A stretch of DNA of 64,000 nucleotides. Source: Treponemataceae bacterium (lineage in GTDB: Bacteria; Spirochaetota; Spirochaetia; Treponematales; Rectinemataceae). A program made the translations under genes and the position numbers. The stretch covers positions 448,001 to 512,000 of the forward strand of contig CAXXHO010000005.1 of NCBI GenBank assembly GCA_963667725.2. The letters run 5' to 3'. The notes below the pieces were generated by a model that worked only from the letters and a program-made list of their open reading frames with translations, ran no database searches and was not told where the DNA came from. The first letter of the stretch is position 1. Every line of letters starts with the position of its first letter. Positions 10,149-20,407 of the stretch are shown here, piece by piece.

Positions 10149-11804
10149 TTATACCGCAACAGGATCTCTTGCTACTGTAGCAAGAACTTTCTTTGGTAAT
10201 TCAATAGTTAAGCGCTTGAAAATGTCCTTCGCCTCGTCGGAAATATCAGAGCAATACCAGAGGCTTACATTGTCGCTCTCAATAAGCCCTGCAGTAACAT
10301 CGGACAGAACTTTTTCAATCTGGTACCACGACCGGTCCGCCATATTCTCTGCATACCGTACCAGCACCATGGCAAGCCAGCAAATAAGAATATGGCTTCG
10401 AATACGATCATCAAGTCGGTGGTATATGGGACGAATATCCAAGGTGTTTTTCATATCCTTGAATACCCGCTCTATGGCCCAGAGCTGCTTATAGCCGGCA
10501 ACAATATCGGCAGCATCCAGCTTCATGCTGGACGTCGACACTAGAAACTTGCCATCAAGGAGTTCCTCTGAGGCTATCTTGGCGGTGTCGAGGTGCAAGA
10601 CACCCTTCGTATCCTGCCTAATGTATCTGCCATAGGCGGAATGAGAGCGTAGCGCACACGCCGCTTTCGTGTGTGCTTTCCCCGTATACTGCGACAGTTC
10701 ATCAAGCTTGCGCTTCGTAGCATCGACGATTTGTTCGCGTATGACATGGTCGCGCGTTTCGGCTTCCGGATTCTTGACGATGATGAATCGGCGCTCCGTG
10801 GCTTTCCCTGCATCGAGGACGACATCTTTAATCGCGAGGCCACTTTCCAGGATCCTGAATCGCCCTTTCCGGTGTAGGGCTTCTACCGCGGCGCCATCGG
10901 TACCAACGCGGAGCTTTTCGCCGATGATATAGTCACCGCATTCCCGTAAAAGGATTCTTCTGTTGTCGGCACTATTGAATCCTGCATCTTGGACCATGAC
11001 GACATGACCAAGATTCCACTGTCCTAGATCACCTTTCACCTGCTCGACGATCGTCTGGTCGCTCGTGTTGCCCGGGAATACCCAGCAGCGAATAGGAATG
11101 CCGCTACGCGTCACCGCAAAGGCAATCGAAACCAAGGGTAGCTCGGGGTGCCCATCCTTGCTGTGGCCACGTTTTAAGAGTCCCGAGCTGGAAGCATCTT
11201 CATCGGTCTCGAAATAGGTGTTCGTCGTATCGAGGAAGATGAGATCCACGTCGAGATGCGTATTCTTCGACACTTCGGTGAATATCTGCTTCTGGAGTTC
11301 CTCGTTCGACGCCACAAGAAGATCCATCGCCCTATAAAGATTATGAACGTCTACCTCGTTAAGGTCTTTAATAAAGGCTTTCTTTGAAACCCAGTGCTCA
11401 AGAGAAAGCTTCGAACCCGGAGCCAGGATCCTGCCTGCAACCATGGCAAAGCAGAGCCGTTCGACGGGTGTGGCGAACTGGCGTTCGTTAAGAAGCCCTT
11501 TGATAGCCTTTGCCATGCCAAGACGATTCCATAGGGCATCTAGAAGCCAGGTGCCCCCAAGCTCCCGACTTGAATGGAAGTCAAATCCGGCGGGGACTTC
11601 AGAAGGATATTCGCCTAAGACCGCAGACAGTGCCTTGATGATCGCCTGGATGTAGGAAGGCTCGATCTGATCTTCCCGTCCGAGCTTCATAAGGACATTG
11701 GTTTTGGTCTTTCCTGTTTCCTTGACGCGGTAGTTGTGCACAAGTTGAAGGTACGTATAGGTACCGCCTTGAGCATTCTTTAGGGTACATTTCCGTACGT
11801 TCAT
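10149..11804 (-). CDS. IS1634-family DDE transposase
   Basis: FLDTTNTYFE, RGHSKD, QDAGFNS, YKQLWAIERVFKDMK, IRPIYHRLDDRIRSHILIC. Confidence 0.9.
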   Translation of the reverse strand: MNVRKCTLKNAQGGTYTYLQLVHNYRVKETGKTKTNVLMKLGREDQIEPSYIQAIIKALSAVLGEYPSEVPAGFDFHSSRELGGTWLLDALWNRLGMAKAIKGLLNERQFATPVERLCFAMVAGRILAPGSKLSLEHWVSKKAFIKDLNEVDVHNLYRAMDLLVASNEELQKQIFTEVSKNTHLDVDLIFLDTTNTYFETDEDASSSGLLKRGHSKDGHPELPLVSIAFAVTRSGIPIRCWVFPGNTSDQTIVEQVKGDLGQWNLGHVVMVQDAGFNSADNRRILLRECGDYIIGEKLRVGTDGAAVEALHRKGRFRILESGLAIKDVVLDAGKATERRFIIVKNPEAETRDHVIREQIVDATKRKLDELSQYTGKAHTKAACALRSHSAYGRYIRQDTKGVLHLDTAKIASEELLDGKFLVSTSSMKLDAADIVAGYKQLWAIERVFKDMKNTLDIRPIYHRLDDRIRSHILICWLAMVLVRYAENMADRSWYQIEKVLSDVTAGLIESDNVSLWYCSDISDEAKDIFKRLTIELPKKVLATVARDPVAV

Positions 11805-11814
11805 TATACCGCTA

Positions 11815-11843
11815 ATTATACAACATAGTGTTTTATCTGTAAA
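11815..11843 (-). promoter_or_regulatory. Putative transposase promoter
   Basis: TTTACA-N17-TATAAT, 10 nt upstream of the ATG. Confidence 0.6.
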
Positions 11844-12111
11844 GTTTTATTTCGAATATTTATAAATATCTTATACCGCATTTGCATCATGCTTTTTGTA
11901 CAGTCCGTTTTTAGTTATTTGTTGTCAGTATAATATATTAAGCTGCTTTATTGCTTACTGTATTATACCACACGCTGTACAACGTCAGCTGAGCGAAGCG
12001 AAGGATTGGCGTGGTTTTTGCGTAATCTTCTCGCAAAAACCATGACAAAAGGCGTTATAGGGTTGAAGCAGGTGTTAGGTACTTTATTTTTCCATCTAAC
12101 TAGAGCTCATC

Positions 12112-12861
12112 TTACTTAATACCAAATTGTAATTTCATGGTTATTGTTGCCGTCTTCAATCGTGTATTCGTATTATATATTCCATCCCACGAATAATCTT
12201 CATTTGAATTCCGTCCTAATATTTGTACTACACCCATATTTGCATACTTTAACTTTCCCAATTTTGATCCAGATTTCTCTGCTATAGCTTCAGCTCGTTC
12301 CCTTGCATTATTGGTTGCACTCTCAATCAATTCCATCTTTAGCTCTGATAATTTTGTATAATAGTATTCTGGCTCATTGGAATAGAACTCTACTCCCTTA
12401 TTAATCAAATCAGTTATCTCTCTTGAAACACTCTCTATTTTATTTATATCCGTAGACTCTATGGTTACCTTCTGCTGAAGACGGTATCCTTTAAATACTT
12501 GACGTTGATTATTTTCTTTATCAGTTACTGATTCATACTCTTTATTAATGGTTACTGATGATAATACATATTCATTTTGAGCTACATCTTTCTCTTTCAG
12601 AAACTCAATAATTGCTTTTTGATCACTATATAATTCCTCATATGCCTTTTTAATATCAGTATTTAATCTATAAAATGATCCTGACCACACTATTAAATCT
12701 GATTCAAAGTCTTTGCTTCCCAATCCTGTAACATTGATTATCTCACTTTCTTTGTTTCTATTAACAAAAGCAGTAGAGACAATAAATATTGATACAATTA
12801 TTGTTACAGTAATGATTAAGATCTTTAAATACTCGTAAATTTCAATTTTTCGTTGTTCCAT
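12112..12861 (-). CDS. SIMPL (DUF541) domain protein
   Basis: N-terminal TM, INVTGL, ATNNARERAEAIAEKSGSKLGKL. Confidence 0.85.
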   Translation of the reverse strand: MEQRKIEIYEYLKILIITVTIIVSIFIVSTAFVNRNKESEIINVTGLGSKDFESDLIVWSGSFYRLNTDIKKAYEELYSDQKAIIEFLKEKDVAQNEYVLSSVTINKEYESVTDKENNQRQVFKGYRLQQKVTIESTDINKIESVSREITDLINKGVEFYSNEPEYYYTKLSELKMELIESATNNARERAEAIAEKSGSKLGKLKYANMGVVQILGRNSNEDYSWDGIYNTNTRLKTATITMKLQFGIK

Positions 12862-13089
12862 AATATGTTCCTTTTTGTGACATCATTTGATAAAGTTAAT
12901 GTATGACACATATTTCCAATATTTCAATAAGATACTAAGAATCTTCTATTATTCAATGTTAATCCGAATGTACCTAACATTGGCTTAACCTTTAAATCCG
13001 TCCTGAGCGGAGCGAAGGATTGGCGCGCATTTTGCATTGTTGTTCCTGCAAAATGCGTGACAACAGGATTTATAAGGTTGAAGCGGTTG

Positions 13090-13584
13090 TTAGGTAATTT
13101 TCTCTCCATACATTCTCTGTCCTACGTTCCATGTCTTTCCGTTATCAAGCGATATTTCATCAATCCACGTAAATGTAGTTTCTGTTATGTCTTTAAATCT
13201 CCAAATTTCTCTCTTATCTTCTAATCCTAATACTTCTTGTATGATTTCTTTGTTTTCTTCTCTTCCTACTAAGTCTGCAAATTCATTATTACCAGGTTGC
13301 ATCAAACTTACATGCCATATATCACTCTTAATGTCGTAGCACCTAATAGTGATCCCATAGTTCTCTCTAGAATAACTATCTGCATATAAAACATCTTGAA
13401 CACCTAAGCCGCCTAATATCCAAGCAAAATGCCATTCTCCTGTAGTTTCTTTCGTTTCTCCCTCTGAATTATACCAAATAGATTGTATTCTCCAGCTTCC
13501 AATAAGCTGCCCATAGAGCATTACTTTCTGTTTATATGTTTCATTTGCATCTGATGCTCGTATGAGATCAAAAATGTCTTGCAT
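13090..13584 (-). CDS. Conserved hypothetical beta-barrel-like protein; paralog of 29903..30397
   Basis: GQLIGSW...GEWHFAWILGG...SLDNGKTW; near-identical second copy in the window. Confidence 0.7.
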   Translation of the reverse strand: MQDIFDLIRASDANETYKQKVMLYGQLIGSWRIQSIWYNSEGETKETTGEWHFAWILGGLGVQDVLYADSYSRENYGITIRCYDIKSDIWHVSLMQPGNNEFADLVGREENKEIIQEVLGLEDKREIWRFKDITETTFTWIDEISLDNGKTWNVGQRMYGEKIT

Positions 13585-13799
13585 TGCCGCTCCTTAAAAC
13601 TAAGAATGCATAAACTTGTTAATTGAAAGCTTATTGATGATCTTCTTGCGCGCCGAAGGCGTCTACCTAACATTGGCTTAACCCTTAACGCCTGTTCCTG
13701 AGCGAAGCGAAGGATTGGCGTGGTTTTTGCGTCATCTTCAAGCAAAAACCATGACAAAAGGCGTTATAGGGTTGAAGCATTTGTTAGGCAATTTCGCTT

Positions 13800-14072
13800 T
13801 TACTTATATGCATCTTTACGATTTTCTATATCAATGATGAATATTATTACTGTCTCTTCTGAGACTTTATAAAATAACCTGTAATCTCCTATACGATATC
13901 TATATATTTCCTTGTACTCGCCTTTAAGCTTTTTTATGTTCGATCCAAAATATGGATTCTCTCGTAATATCGGATATATGTATTCTTTGATCTTTTTATA
14001 TAAGAATTTATACTTCGGAGTACTGATCTTCTTTTCAAAAGTTTCAGTCTCTGCGATTTTATAGTTAAGCAA
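13800..14072 (-). CDS. RelE/ParE-family toxin
   Basis: IKKLKGEYKEIYRYRIGDYRLFY...IENRKDAYK; overlaps the upstream small gene. Confidence 0.88.
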   Translation of the reverse strand: MLNYKIAETETFEKKISTPKYKFLYKKIKEYIYPILRENPYFGSNIKKLKGEYKEIYRYRIGDYRLFYKVSEETVIIFIIDIENRKDAYK

Positions 14073-14298
14073 TTACTTTATACCTTCCCGATGAAATATC
14101 CTTAAGTCCTTTCTTAAGATCCTTTTCAAAGGTAAGTATTTCGTTCATTTCTTCATCATCAACAATCGATTCGTTGACCGTAAAGTTTAACGCAGCATAT
14201 TCAAGATAGTTAGATATAGTTCTCTTTTGTCCATCTGCTGCCTTTTTGAATATATCATAGCTTGTTTCATCAAGCCGTACGGTAATAGTCTTTGCCAT
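14065..14298 (-). CDS. RHH-type antitoxin (start reassigned to MAKTITVRLD)
   Basis: GAGGTG RBS before ATG 14298; ribbon-helix-helix-like N-terminus. Confidence 0.75.
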   Translation of the reverse strand: MAKTITVRLDETSYDIFKKAADGQKRTISNYLEYAALNFTVNESIVDDEEMNEILTFEKDLKKGLKDISSGRYKVIA

Positions 14299-14317
14299 AT
14301 AAACACCTCTTGCTTCA

Positions 14318-14346
14318 ATAGTATTCATACTGCATCTATTTGTCAA
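14318..14346 (-). promoter_or_regulatory. Promoter of antitoxin-RelE cassette
   Basis: TTGACA-N17-TACTAT. Confidence 0.7.
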
Positions 14347-14556
14347 GTGATTAAAATAATCTATTAATTTAACATATTTATTTAAATTATAATGATTTAT
14401 CTTGCGCGCGCGTAAGCGCGTCTGCCTAACATTGGCTTAACCCTTAACGCCTGTTCCTGAGCGAAGCGAAGGATTGGCGTGGTTTTTGCGTCATCTTCGA
14501 GCAAAAACCATGACAAAAGGCGTTATAGGGTTGAAGCATTTGTTAGATGAATTATT

Positions 14557-15183
14557 TTAATATTTCAGAATCCCTGCGTTATCTAAATATTCGCCTATAT
14601 AAAACGATGGTGTATAATCTTTAAAACCTAATCTAAATATTCCAATCCCATTACTAATTTTGTTATTTACACTTTCTTGTAGTTCTTTTGCATTCCAAAT
14701 CAGTTCTAAAACATCAAAATATGTACTTTTACTTTCTATTTTTGTTCCTTTATAAATACCATTCTTTTTCCCATATGGAGCTAAAAAAATACTTCGTATT
14801 TCTAGAGTTTTATTTATAAAGTCATCGTTTTCATGGGTGTGTATGTTTTTCAAGAAAAGTGTATAAGTATCTTCTTTAATACTATTCCAACTCAGTTTAG
14901 TAGTTCTACCAATTCGTAATGGTAAGTCTGGTCTAAATACAGAGAACTCCTTACTTGTTAAAGGAAGAGTATCTTTATAAGCTGAGTTTTCTAAAAATGT
15001 TGTTCTTGAGACTCTATAGAAATAACATTTCTTTTTAAAATGCCCAGAGAATGTCCATCCAAATTTTTCTGACAATAAACAATCATAAAAGATTTCATCA
15101 TCATCCATTCCAATAATTCTGCAAAGTTTATCTCCCCAATTTATTGTATATATTCCACCTAATATTAAGTTGTCTAAACCCAT
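14557..15183 (-). CDS. Hypothetical protein
   Basis: ORF fills the cassette, RBS AAGGA. Confidence 0.7.
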   Translation of the reverse strand: MGLDNLILGGIYTINWGDKLCRIIGMDDDEIFYDCLLSEKFGWTFSGHFKKKCYFYRVSRTTFLENSAYKDTLPLTSKEFSVFRPDLPLRIGRTTKLSWNSIKEDTYTLFLKNIHTHENDDFINKTLEIRSIFLAPYGKKNGIYKGTKIESKSTYFDVLELIWNAKELQESVNNKISNGIGIFRLGFKDYTPSFYIGEYLDNAGILKY

Positions 15184-15399
15184 TTTAAGTCCTTTGATTA
15201 ATACAAATTAATTTAGCACGAAGAGTCCATCTAATATAATTAATAATAGATTCAACATGTCTACTTTTGCGCCGAAGGCGTCCATCTAACATTGGCTTAA
15301 CCCGCGAGCCGTCGTGCGCTCCTGCGCTACCACGGCATTATCAGGTTAACATTGCAGCTATTTATGCTTTTGCGAACGCGAGTCGGGTTGAAGCTTTTG

Positions 15400-15939
15400 T
15401 TAGGTTTCTTCTTTTCTTAATATGTATATGCTCTTTATCTTCCCTGACCTTTCTTCATTCATCCAATACTTCATTCCGATTGATTTTGCTACTTCTTTTG
15501 ATGCTTCATTCTCAGGATTTATAATCGCTATAACTTTTTCTAATTTCCTTTCTTTAAAGGCATAATCAACTAATGCCTTTGCTATCTCTTTTGCATATCC
15601 TTTTTTCCATTTTGTTCTATCAATATAATAATTGACTTCAATATACTCTTTTCCCTTTATCTCTTTTGGAATGAATCCTGCGTGTCCTATCAATTCATGG
15701 GTGTTTTTAAGTTCTATCGGCCAGAGATCATATTCTTCTTTCTTTGGATCTTCTGCTATCTTTCTAAATTCTTCAATCAACATTAACTTATCTCTTGGCC
15801 CCCCAGTATACTTGGTCATTTCTTCATCAATCCACAAATACACTAGGAACTTTATATCTGACTTTCTTTGATAACGCAGTATCAATCTACTGGTTTTCAG
15901 TATTGTATCATCCATATTTTCTCCAACAGATAAAATCAA
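15400..15939 (-). CDS. GNAT N-acetyltransferase (RimJ/RimL-like); paralog of 36615..37178
   Basis: LKTSRLILR, WKKGYAKE, INPENEASKEVAKSIGM. Confidence 0.85.
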   Translation of the reverse strand: MILSVGENMDDTILKTSRLILRYQRKSDIKFLVYLWIDEEMTKYTGGPRDKLMLIEEFRKIAEDPKKEEYDLWPIELKNTHELIGHAGFIPKEIKGKEYIEVNYYIDRTKWKKGYAKEIAKALVDYAFKERKLEKVIAIINPENEASKEVAKSIGMKYWMNEERSGKIKSIYILRKEET

Positions 15940-16175
15940 CTTTTTCAGCGTTTTACTTTTCTACGCGATCTTTCAATATAACATTGTTAATAAATAGTTT
16001 AGCATGTATCTTTTTGCGCCGAAGGCGTCAACCTAACATTTTCGCTTAACCTTTAAGCCCGACCTGAGCGATAGCTCAGGTTTGGCGCGATTCTTGCACC
16101 ACTTTACGTTGCCGCTCCTACTTTACGGTATCTCGCAAGAAGCGTGCCAAAGGGCTTATAAGGTTGAAGCGTGTG

Positions 16176-16730
16176 TTAGGCGTCTTTTTTTATCTCCAAT
16201 TTTACTTTTGTTGTATTTCTAACTTTCTCTACAATAAAGCCTTCTTTTAAATACATATTTAATGATCCATGATATTTACTATATTCATTCTTTGCCTTTA
16301 CATTTGGATAGGCTTCAATTGCTTTAGTATTATCTTTTTTTGAATCTTCTACTATTCTCTTTAATATAGCTGTAGCTATTCCTTTCCCTCTATATTGTTC
16401 TTCAATCATGAAGCATACAATAGCTTTAATTCCATCATACTTCTGATCAGGCTTTAATAACTTTGTATAATATTGTTTAGGTCCAACATTGCACCACCCA
16501 ACTACTTTTCCATCTTCATATACTAAATAGCCTTTCATTTTATTATTCATGATAAGCCATTTTGCATATTCTCTCTGACTATTATTTACATCTGAGCTAT
16601 TATCATATCTTGGATAAAAATAATATGTGCAATAGCAGCCTTTCCATTCCTTGTGATCGGCGAATGCACGATTATCAAAAAAATCTAGCCATGCATTAAG
16701 ATTTCTATGAGAGATCTTTATGATTTTCAT
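16176..16730 (-). CDS. GNAT N-acetyltransferase (start reassigned to MKIIKI)
   Basis: GCYCTYY, VVGWCNVGP, YRGKGIA; GGAGA RBS. Confidence 0.82.
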   Translation of the reverse strand: MKIIKISHRNLNAWLDFFDNRAFADHKEWKGCYCTYYFYPRYDNSSDVNNSQREYAKWLIMNNKMKGYLVYEDGKVVGWCNVGPKQYYTKLLKPDQKYDGIKAIVCFMIEEQYRGKGIATAILKRIVEDSKKDNTKAIEAYPNVKAKNEYSKYHGSLNMYLKEGFIVEKVRNTTKVKLEIKKDA

Positions 16731-16883
16731 AGTTTCTCCCTTCTTGCGCGCGTAAGCGCGTCCGCCTAACATTTTCGCTTAACCTTTAAATCCGTCCTGA
16801 GCGGAGCGAAGGATTGGCGCGCATTTTGCATTGTTGTTCTTGCAAAATGCGTGACAACAGGATTTATAAGGTTGAAGCGGGTG

Positions 16884-17285
16884 TTAGCCGATTTTTCTTT
16901 TTATCTTTAATCCTAAATACTTTTCCATTGGATCAAAATCTCTATCGTTATGTAATAACTCAAATCCTTTCTCTATACAAAAAGTCGCTATTATTACATC
17001 TATTGTCTTTCTTACCGTTACTCCATTTTTTCTTAGTTTTCTATAATTACCTGCTGCAAGTATTGCCATTTCTTTCCCAAGAAAGTCATAATACTCAAGC
17101 CTATCCATTATCTTTTTTGCAATCTTTAGGTCTTTTTCTTCTCTAAATCCCTGTAAAAATTCAACAATTATTATATCCCCAGTCGCTACTCTGTCATGAA
17201 GCAATTCATAATCAAGTAAGTCTGTTTGAACTGATTCTACTCCTCGTACATAGTCTATCCAAACTGAAGTGTCTGCTATTATCAT
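16884..17285 (-). CDS. vapC: VapC PIN-domain toxin
   Basis: MIIADTSVWID...TIDVIIAT...LLHNDRDF. Confidence 0.9.
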   Translation of the reverse strand: MIIADTSVWIDYVRGVESVQTDLLDYELLHDRVATGDIIIVEFLQGFREEKDLKIAKKIMDRLEYYDFLGKEMAILAAGNYRKLRKNGVTVRKTIDVIIATFCIEKGFELLHNDRDFDPMEKYLGLKIKRKIG

Positions 17286-17476
17286 CGGTCTAGTCTCATT
17301 TCTTCGAGATCACCTTCCCATTTGAGCTTTCCACGAACTTTTCTTATCTCTGATTGTTCTCTTTGATTGACTAAGAGCTTTAAAGCCTCTTCTATAGTTT
17401 CCTTTTTAGTTTTGTATCCAGAAACTTTTTTAGCCTTATTCATTAAAATATCATCAATTACTATATTTGTACGCAT
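17282..17476 (-). CDS. vapB: VapB antitoxin
   Basis: MRTNIVIDDILM...TKKETIEEAL...WEGDLEEMR; ATGA overlap with vapC. Confidence 0.88.
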   Translation of the reverse strand: MRTNIVIDDILMNKAKKVSGYKTKKETIEEALKLLVNQREQSEIRKVRGKLKWEGDLEEMRLDR

Positions 17477-17738
17477 TTCAATACCTCCTTAATGTGTATC
17501 ATATACAACAAGTATACACATATTTCAAGTAACAGTAAAGATGTCCTTCATTTCTTCTTGCGCGCGCGTAAGCGCGTCCGGCTAACATTTTCGCTTAACC
17601 TTTAAGCCCGACCTGAGCATAGCGAAGGTTTGGCGCGATTCTTGCAACACTTTACGCCGCCGCTCCTACTTTACGGTTTCTCGCAAGAATCGTGACAACA
17701 GGGCTTATAAGGTTGAAGCAGTTGTTAGGCAAATCTTT

Positions 17739-18161
17739 TTATGATGCATTTTTTGTTTTCAAATACTCTTCTGGAGTCTGAACAAGTAGATCAGCTCCTT
17801 TATAGTCTTTTATATTCCTTGTTAATAAATGCTGAATTCCATGTTCTCTCGCTGTAAAGTATTGTATACCATCTTCAAAATCTGAAAATTGTGAATTCAG
17901 TGCCAAATCCACAACCTTATCATTCATTTCAACTATACCAATCATAATCCTTAACTTTCGCAATAGTTCTTTAGCCTTTTCTATTCCTAATAATTTCCTA
18001 AGAATATAGAATACATTTGCAAAGACAAGTGGTGTTGTTACGAGCTTCAGTATTCCTTTATCTCCCATAGTGAATACTTCTGCAGCATATGGATAGAATG
18101 GTTCACGCTTACAAAGAAGATCCAATATGATGTCAGTATCTATAAATATTTCCTTACTCAT
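17739..18161 (-). CDS. PIN-domain toxin
   Basis: IFIDTDIILD...DFEDGIQY...LLTRNIKDY. Confidence 0.88.
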   Translation of the reverse strand: MSKEIFIDTDIILDLLCKREPFYPYAAEVFTMGDKGILKLVTTPLVFANVFYILRKLLGIEKAKELLRKLRIMIGIVEMNDKVVDLALNSQFSDFEDGIQYFTAREHGIQHLLTRNIKDYKGADLLVQTPEEYLKTKNAS

Positions 18162-18396
18162 ATTTTGCTTCCAAGTAGCCCAAGTAATCTATCCCTTTCA
18201 TATCTTTCTCAGAAATGACTCCACTAAGTTCTTCTACTAAGGGAGAATACGTTGATTTTATCTTCTCGCCCTCAGATACAAGGTTTCTGAAGTACGATTC
18301 AACAAGTTTTGACAGGCTTTTATTGTTGTTGTGAGCATATTTCTTTACAGATTGAATAACTGCTTTATCCAGTTTTAATGTTAGTTTAGTTTCCAT
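18154..18396 (-). CDS. RHH-like antitoxin (DUF6364-like)
   Basis: METKLTLKLDKAVI...SLSKLVESYF; overlaps the PIN gene. Confidence 0.75.
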   Translation of the reverse strand: METKLTLKLDKAVIQSVKKYAHNNNKSLSKLVESYFRNLVSEGEKIKSTYSPLVEELSGVISEKDMKGIDYLGYLEAKYE

Positions 18397-18407
18397 ATCA
18401 AACTCCT

Positions 18408-18445
18408 ATACGTACTATTATAACTAATATTGTACGTATTGTAAA
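18408..18445 (-). promoter_or_regulatory. Promoter and inverted-repeat operator of the PIN TA cassette
   Basis: TTTACA-N17-TATAAT with ATACGTAC...GTACGTAT flanking the -10. Confidence 0.72.
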
Positions 18446-18618
18446 GCTTGATCAACCGTTTTCTTTGCGCGCGCTAGCGCGTCTGCCTAACATTTTCGCT
18501 TAACCTTTAAATCCGTCCTGAGCGTAGCGAAGGATTGGCGCGCATTTTGCATTGTTGTTCTTGCAAAATGCGTGACAACAGGATTTATAAGGTTGAAGCG
18601 GGTGTTAGGTGTCTCGTT

Positions 18619-19275
18619 TTATTTATTCTTTATAGTCATTTTTAATTCTCTATAACTTTCATTAATAGTTGATTGAACTATTTTAGTCGGATCGAACTTT
18701 AATACACTAAATGTACTCTGAATACAAAAGCCTATTGCAAAAACAGATATTAATGTTCCAATTCCTACCATACCACCAAGGAGCCAGCCCAATATTGTCG
18801 CTGTTAGCTCAATTATACTACGAATGGCCCCTATTGGTAATTTTATCTTTCGTTTTAATCCTATCATCAAGCCATCACGAGGCCCAGCTCCAAAACCAGA
18901 TCCTATATAATAATATGATCCTAATGATATTATGTATAAGCCAATTATTAATACCAAAATCCCTAAATACATATTATCAATTATTGGAACTATATTGCTC
19001 ATTAATAGTAGATCAAGAAATAATCCTATTAGAATCATATTGAGTATCGTTCCAATACCTATTTTCTCTCCCATTAATAGCGTAATAACTATAATAACAA
19101 GCCCAACTATTATGCTTGCATTCCCAATGGTGATTCCTACTGTCTTGCCTAGTCCTACATGAAAAACTTCCCAAGGGCCATATCCAATATTTGCTTTTAT
19201 TGTAAGGACTATTCCTAAAGCGTAAAGAAAAAGCCCGAATATCAATTTACTAAAGCGCAGTAAAAGTTTCTGCAT
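18619..19275 (-). CDS. YczE/YitT-family membrane protein
   Basis: ANIGYGPWEVF, GAGPRDGLM, LGGMVGIGT. Confidence 0.85.
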   Translation of the reverse strand: MQKLLLRFSKLIFGLFLYALGIVLTIKANIGYGPWEVFHVGLGKTVGITIGNASIIVGLVIIVITLLMGEKIGIGTILNMILIGLFLDLLLMSNIVPIIDNMYLGILVLIIGLYIISLGSYYYIGSGFGAGPRDGLMIGLKRKIKLPIGAIRSIIELTATILGWLLGGMVGIGTLISVFAIGFCIQSTFSVLKFDPTKIVQSTINESYRELKMTIKNK

Positions 19276-19511
19276 TATGATGATTTCTCCTCATGCTCTG
19301 ATGTGCCGCTATAATGCTTTACTTATGAATGAGGTGCAATACAAATTGCGCTATTTCTGCGCGATAGCGTCCACCTAACATTTTCGCTTAACCTTTAAAT
19401 CCGTCCTGAGCGGAGCGAAGGATTGGCGCGCATTTTGCATTGTTGTTCTTGCAAAATGCGTGACAACAGGATTTATAAGGTTGAAGCGGGTGTTAGCTGA
19501 TTTCTTTTTTC

Positions 19512-20204
19512 TTATTTTAAATACTCTTTAATCAATTCTTTTGCTAACTCTTTTGATGATTCTATTATTTTCAATTTCGTCGAAGTATCTTTTATAACAG
19601 ATAAGTCAGTACATGCAAATATTACTGTATCAACTCTTGCATCGATTATTCTGTTTTCTAGATCCTTATACTTATTAAGAGTACATTCAATTGATTCTTT
19701 ATTCTTTATGCTTCCAATGATACTATTTACGTCTTCTTGCCATCTACTATCAAAATAATACTCTATCTCTTGCTTTTCTATCGCTTGTTGATATAACTTC
19801 ATATCCATTGTAGGTTTTGTTGCCAGAACAGTTGCTCTTTTTGAATCACTTCCCATTCTTTCAATCGTGATTTCGATTATATTTAACAACTTTGATTTTG
19901 AATACTCTTTTAATTGATCAAAGTACTTATGTGCTGTATTACAGGGAATAGCTGTAATTGTAACATCATTTTTCTCAAGTTCTACTAATCCGTTTCTTAT
20001 AGCTTTAAATGACTCTATATCATCTATTTCTTTATCAAGATAAAATGGTGTTGGCCAAGAATAAATGACTATTTCAGGATAATCAGCATCATATTTTGCA
20101 CCATATTGCCTCTGACACTCGTCATATACCAATTCTAGAAACGGAGCAGTAGATCTAGGTCCCATTCCTGCTAATATCCCAAGCCGTTTCTTGCTCATTG
20201 TCAT
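19512..20204 (-). CDS. Aspartate/glutamate racemase family
   Basis: GILAGMGPRST, IPCNTAH, FACTDL (two catalytic Cys). Confidence 0.88.
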   Translation of the reverse strand: MTMSKKRLGILAGMGPRSTAPFLELVYDECQRQYGAKYDADYPEIVIYSWPTPFYLDKEIDDIESFKAIRNGLVELEKNDVTITAIPCNTAHKYFDQLKEYSKSKLLNIIEITIERMGSDSKRATVLATKPTMDMKLYQQAIEKQEIEYYFDSRWQEDVNSIIGSIKNKESIECTLNKYKDLENRIIDARVDTVIFACTDLSVIKDTSTKLKIIESSKELAKELIKEYLK

Positions 20205-20407
20205 TGCCTCTTCTGCAAAGCGAATTCGTTTCTTTATATTCTTGCGCGCCGAAGGCGTCCAGCTAACATTTTCGCTTAACCTTTAAATCCGTCCTGAGCG
20301 ATAGCGAAGGATTGGCGTGGTTTTTGCGTAATCTTCTCGCAAAAACCATGACAACAGGATTTATAAGGTTGAAGCGGGTGTTAGGTATATTCTAATAATA
20401 AATATCA

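Larger units (their letters stand above)
10066..11988 (-). mobile_element. IS1634-family insertion sequence inserted inside an attC
   Basis: Imperfect ~25 bp terminal IRs (CTGGCGTTGTACAGTGCGCGGTATA / revcomp CTGACGTTGTACAGCGTGTGGTATA), 5-bp direct repeat CTGAG at 10061-10065 and 11989-11993, much higher GC than the cassettes. Confidence 0.92.

Noticed and set aside
10132..11790. Multiple short ORFs overlapping the transposase
   Set aside because: Expected from the higher GC content; no motifs or RBS support.
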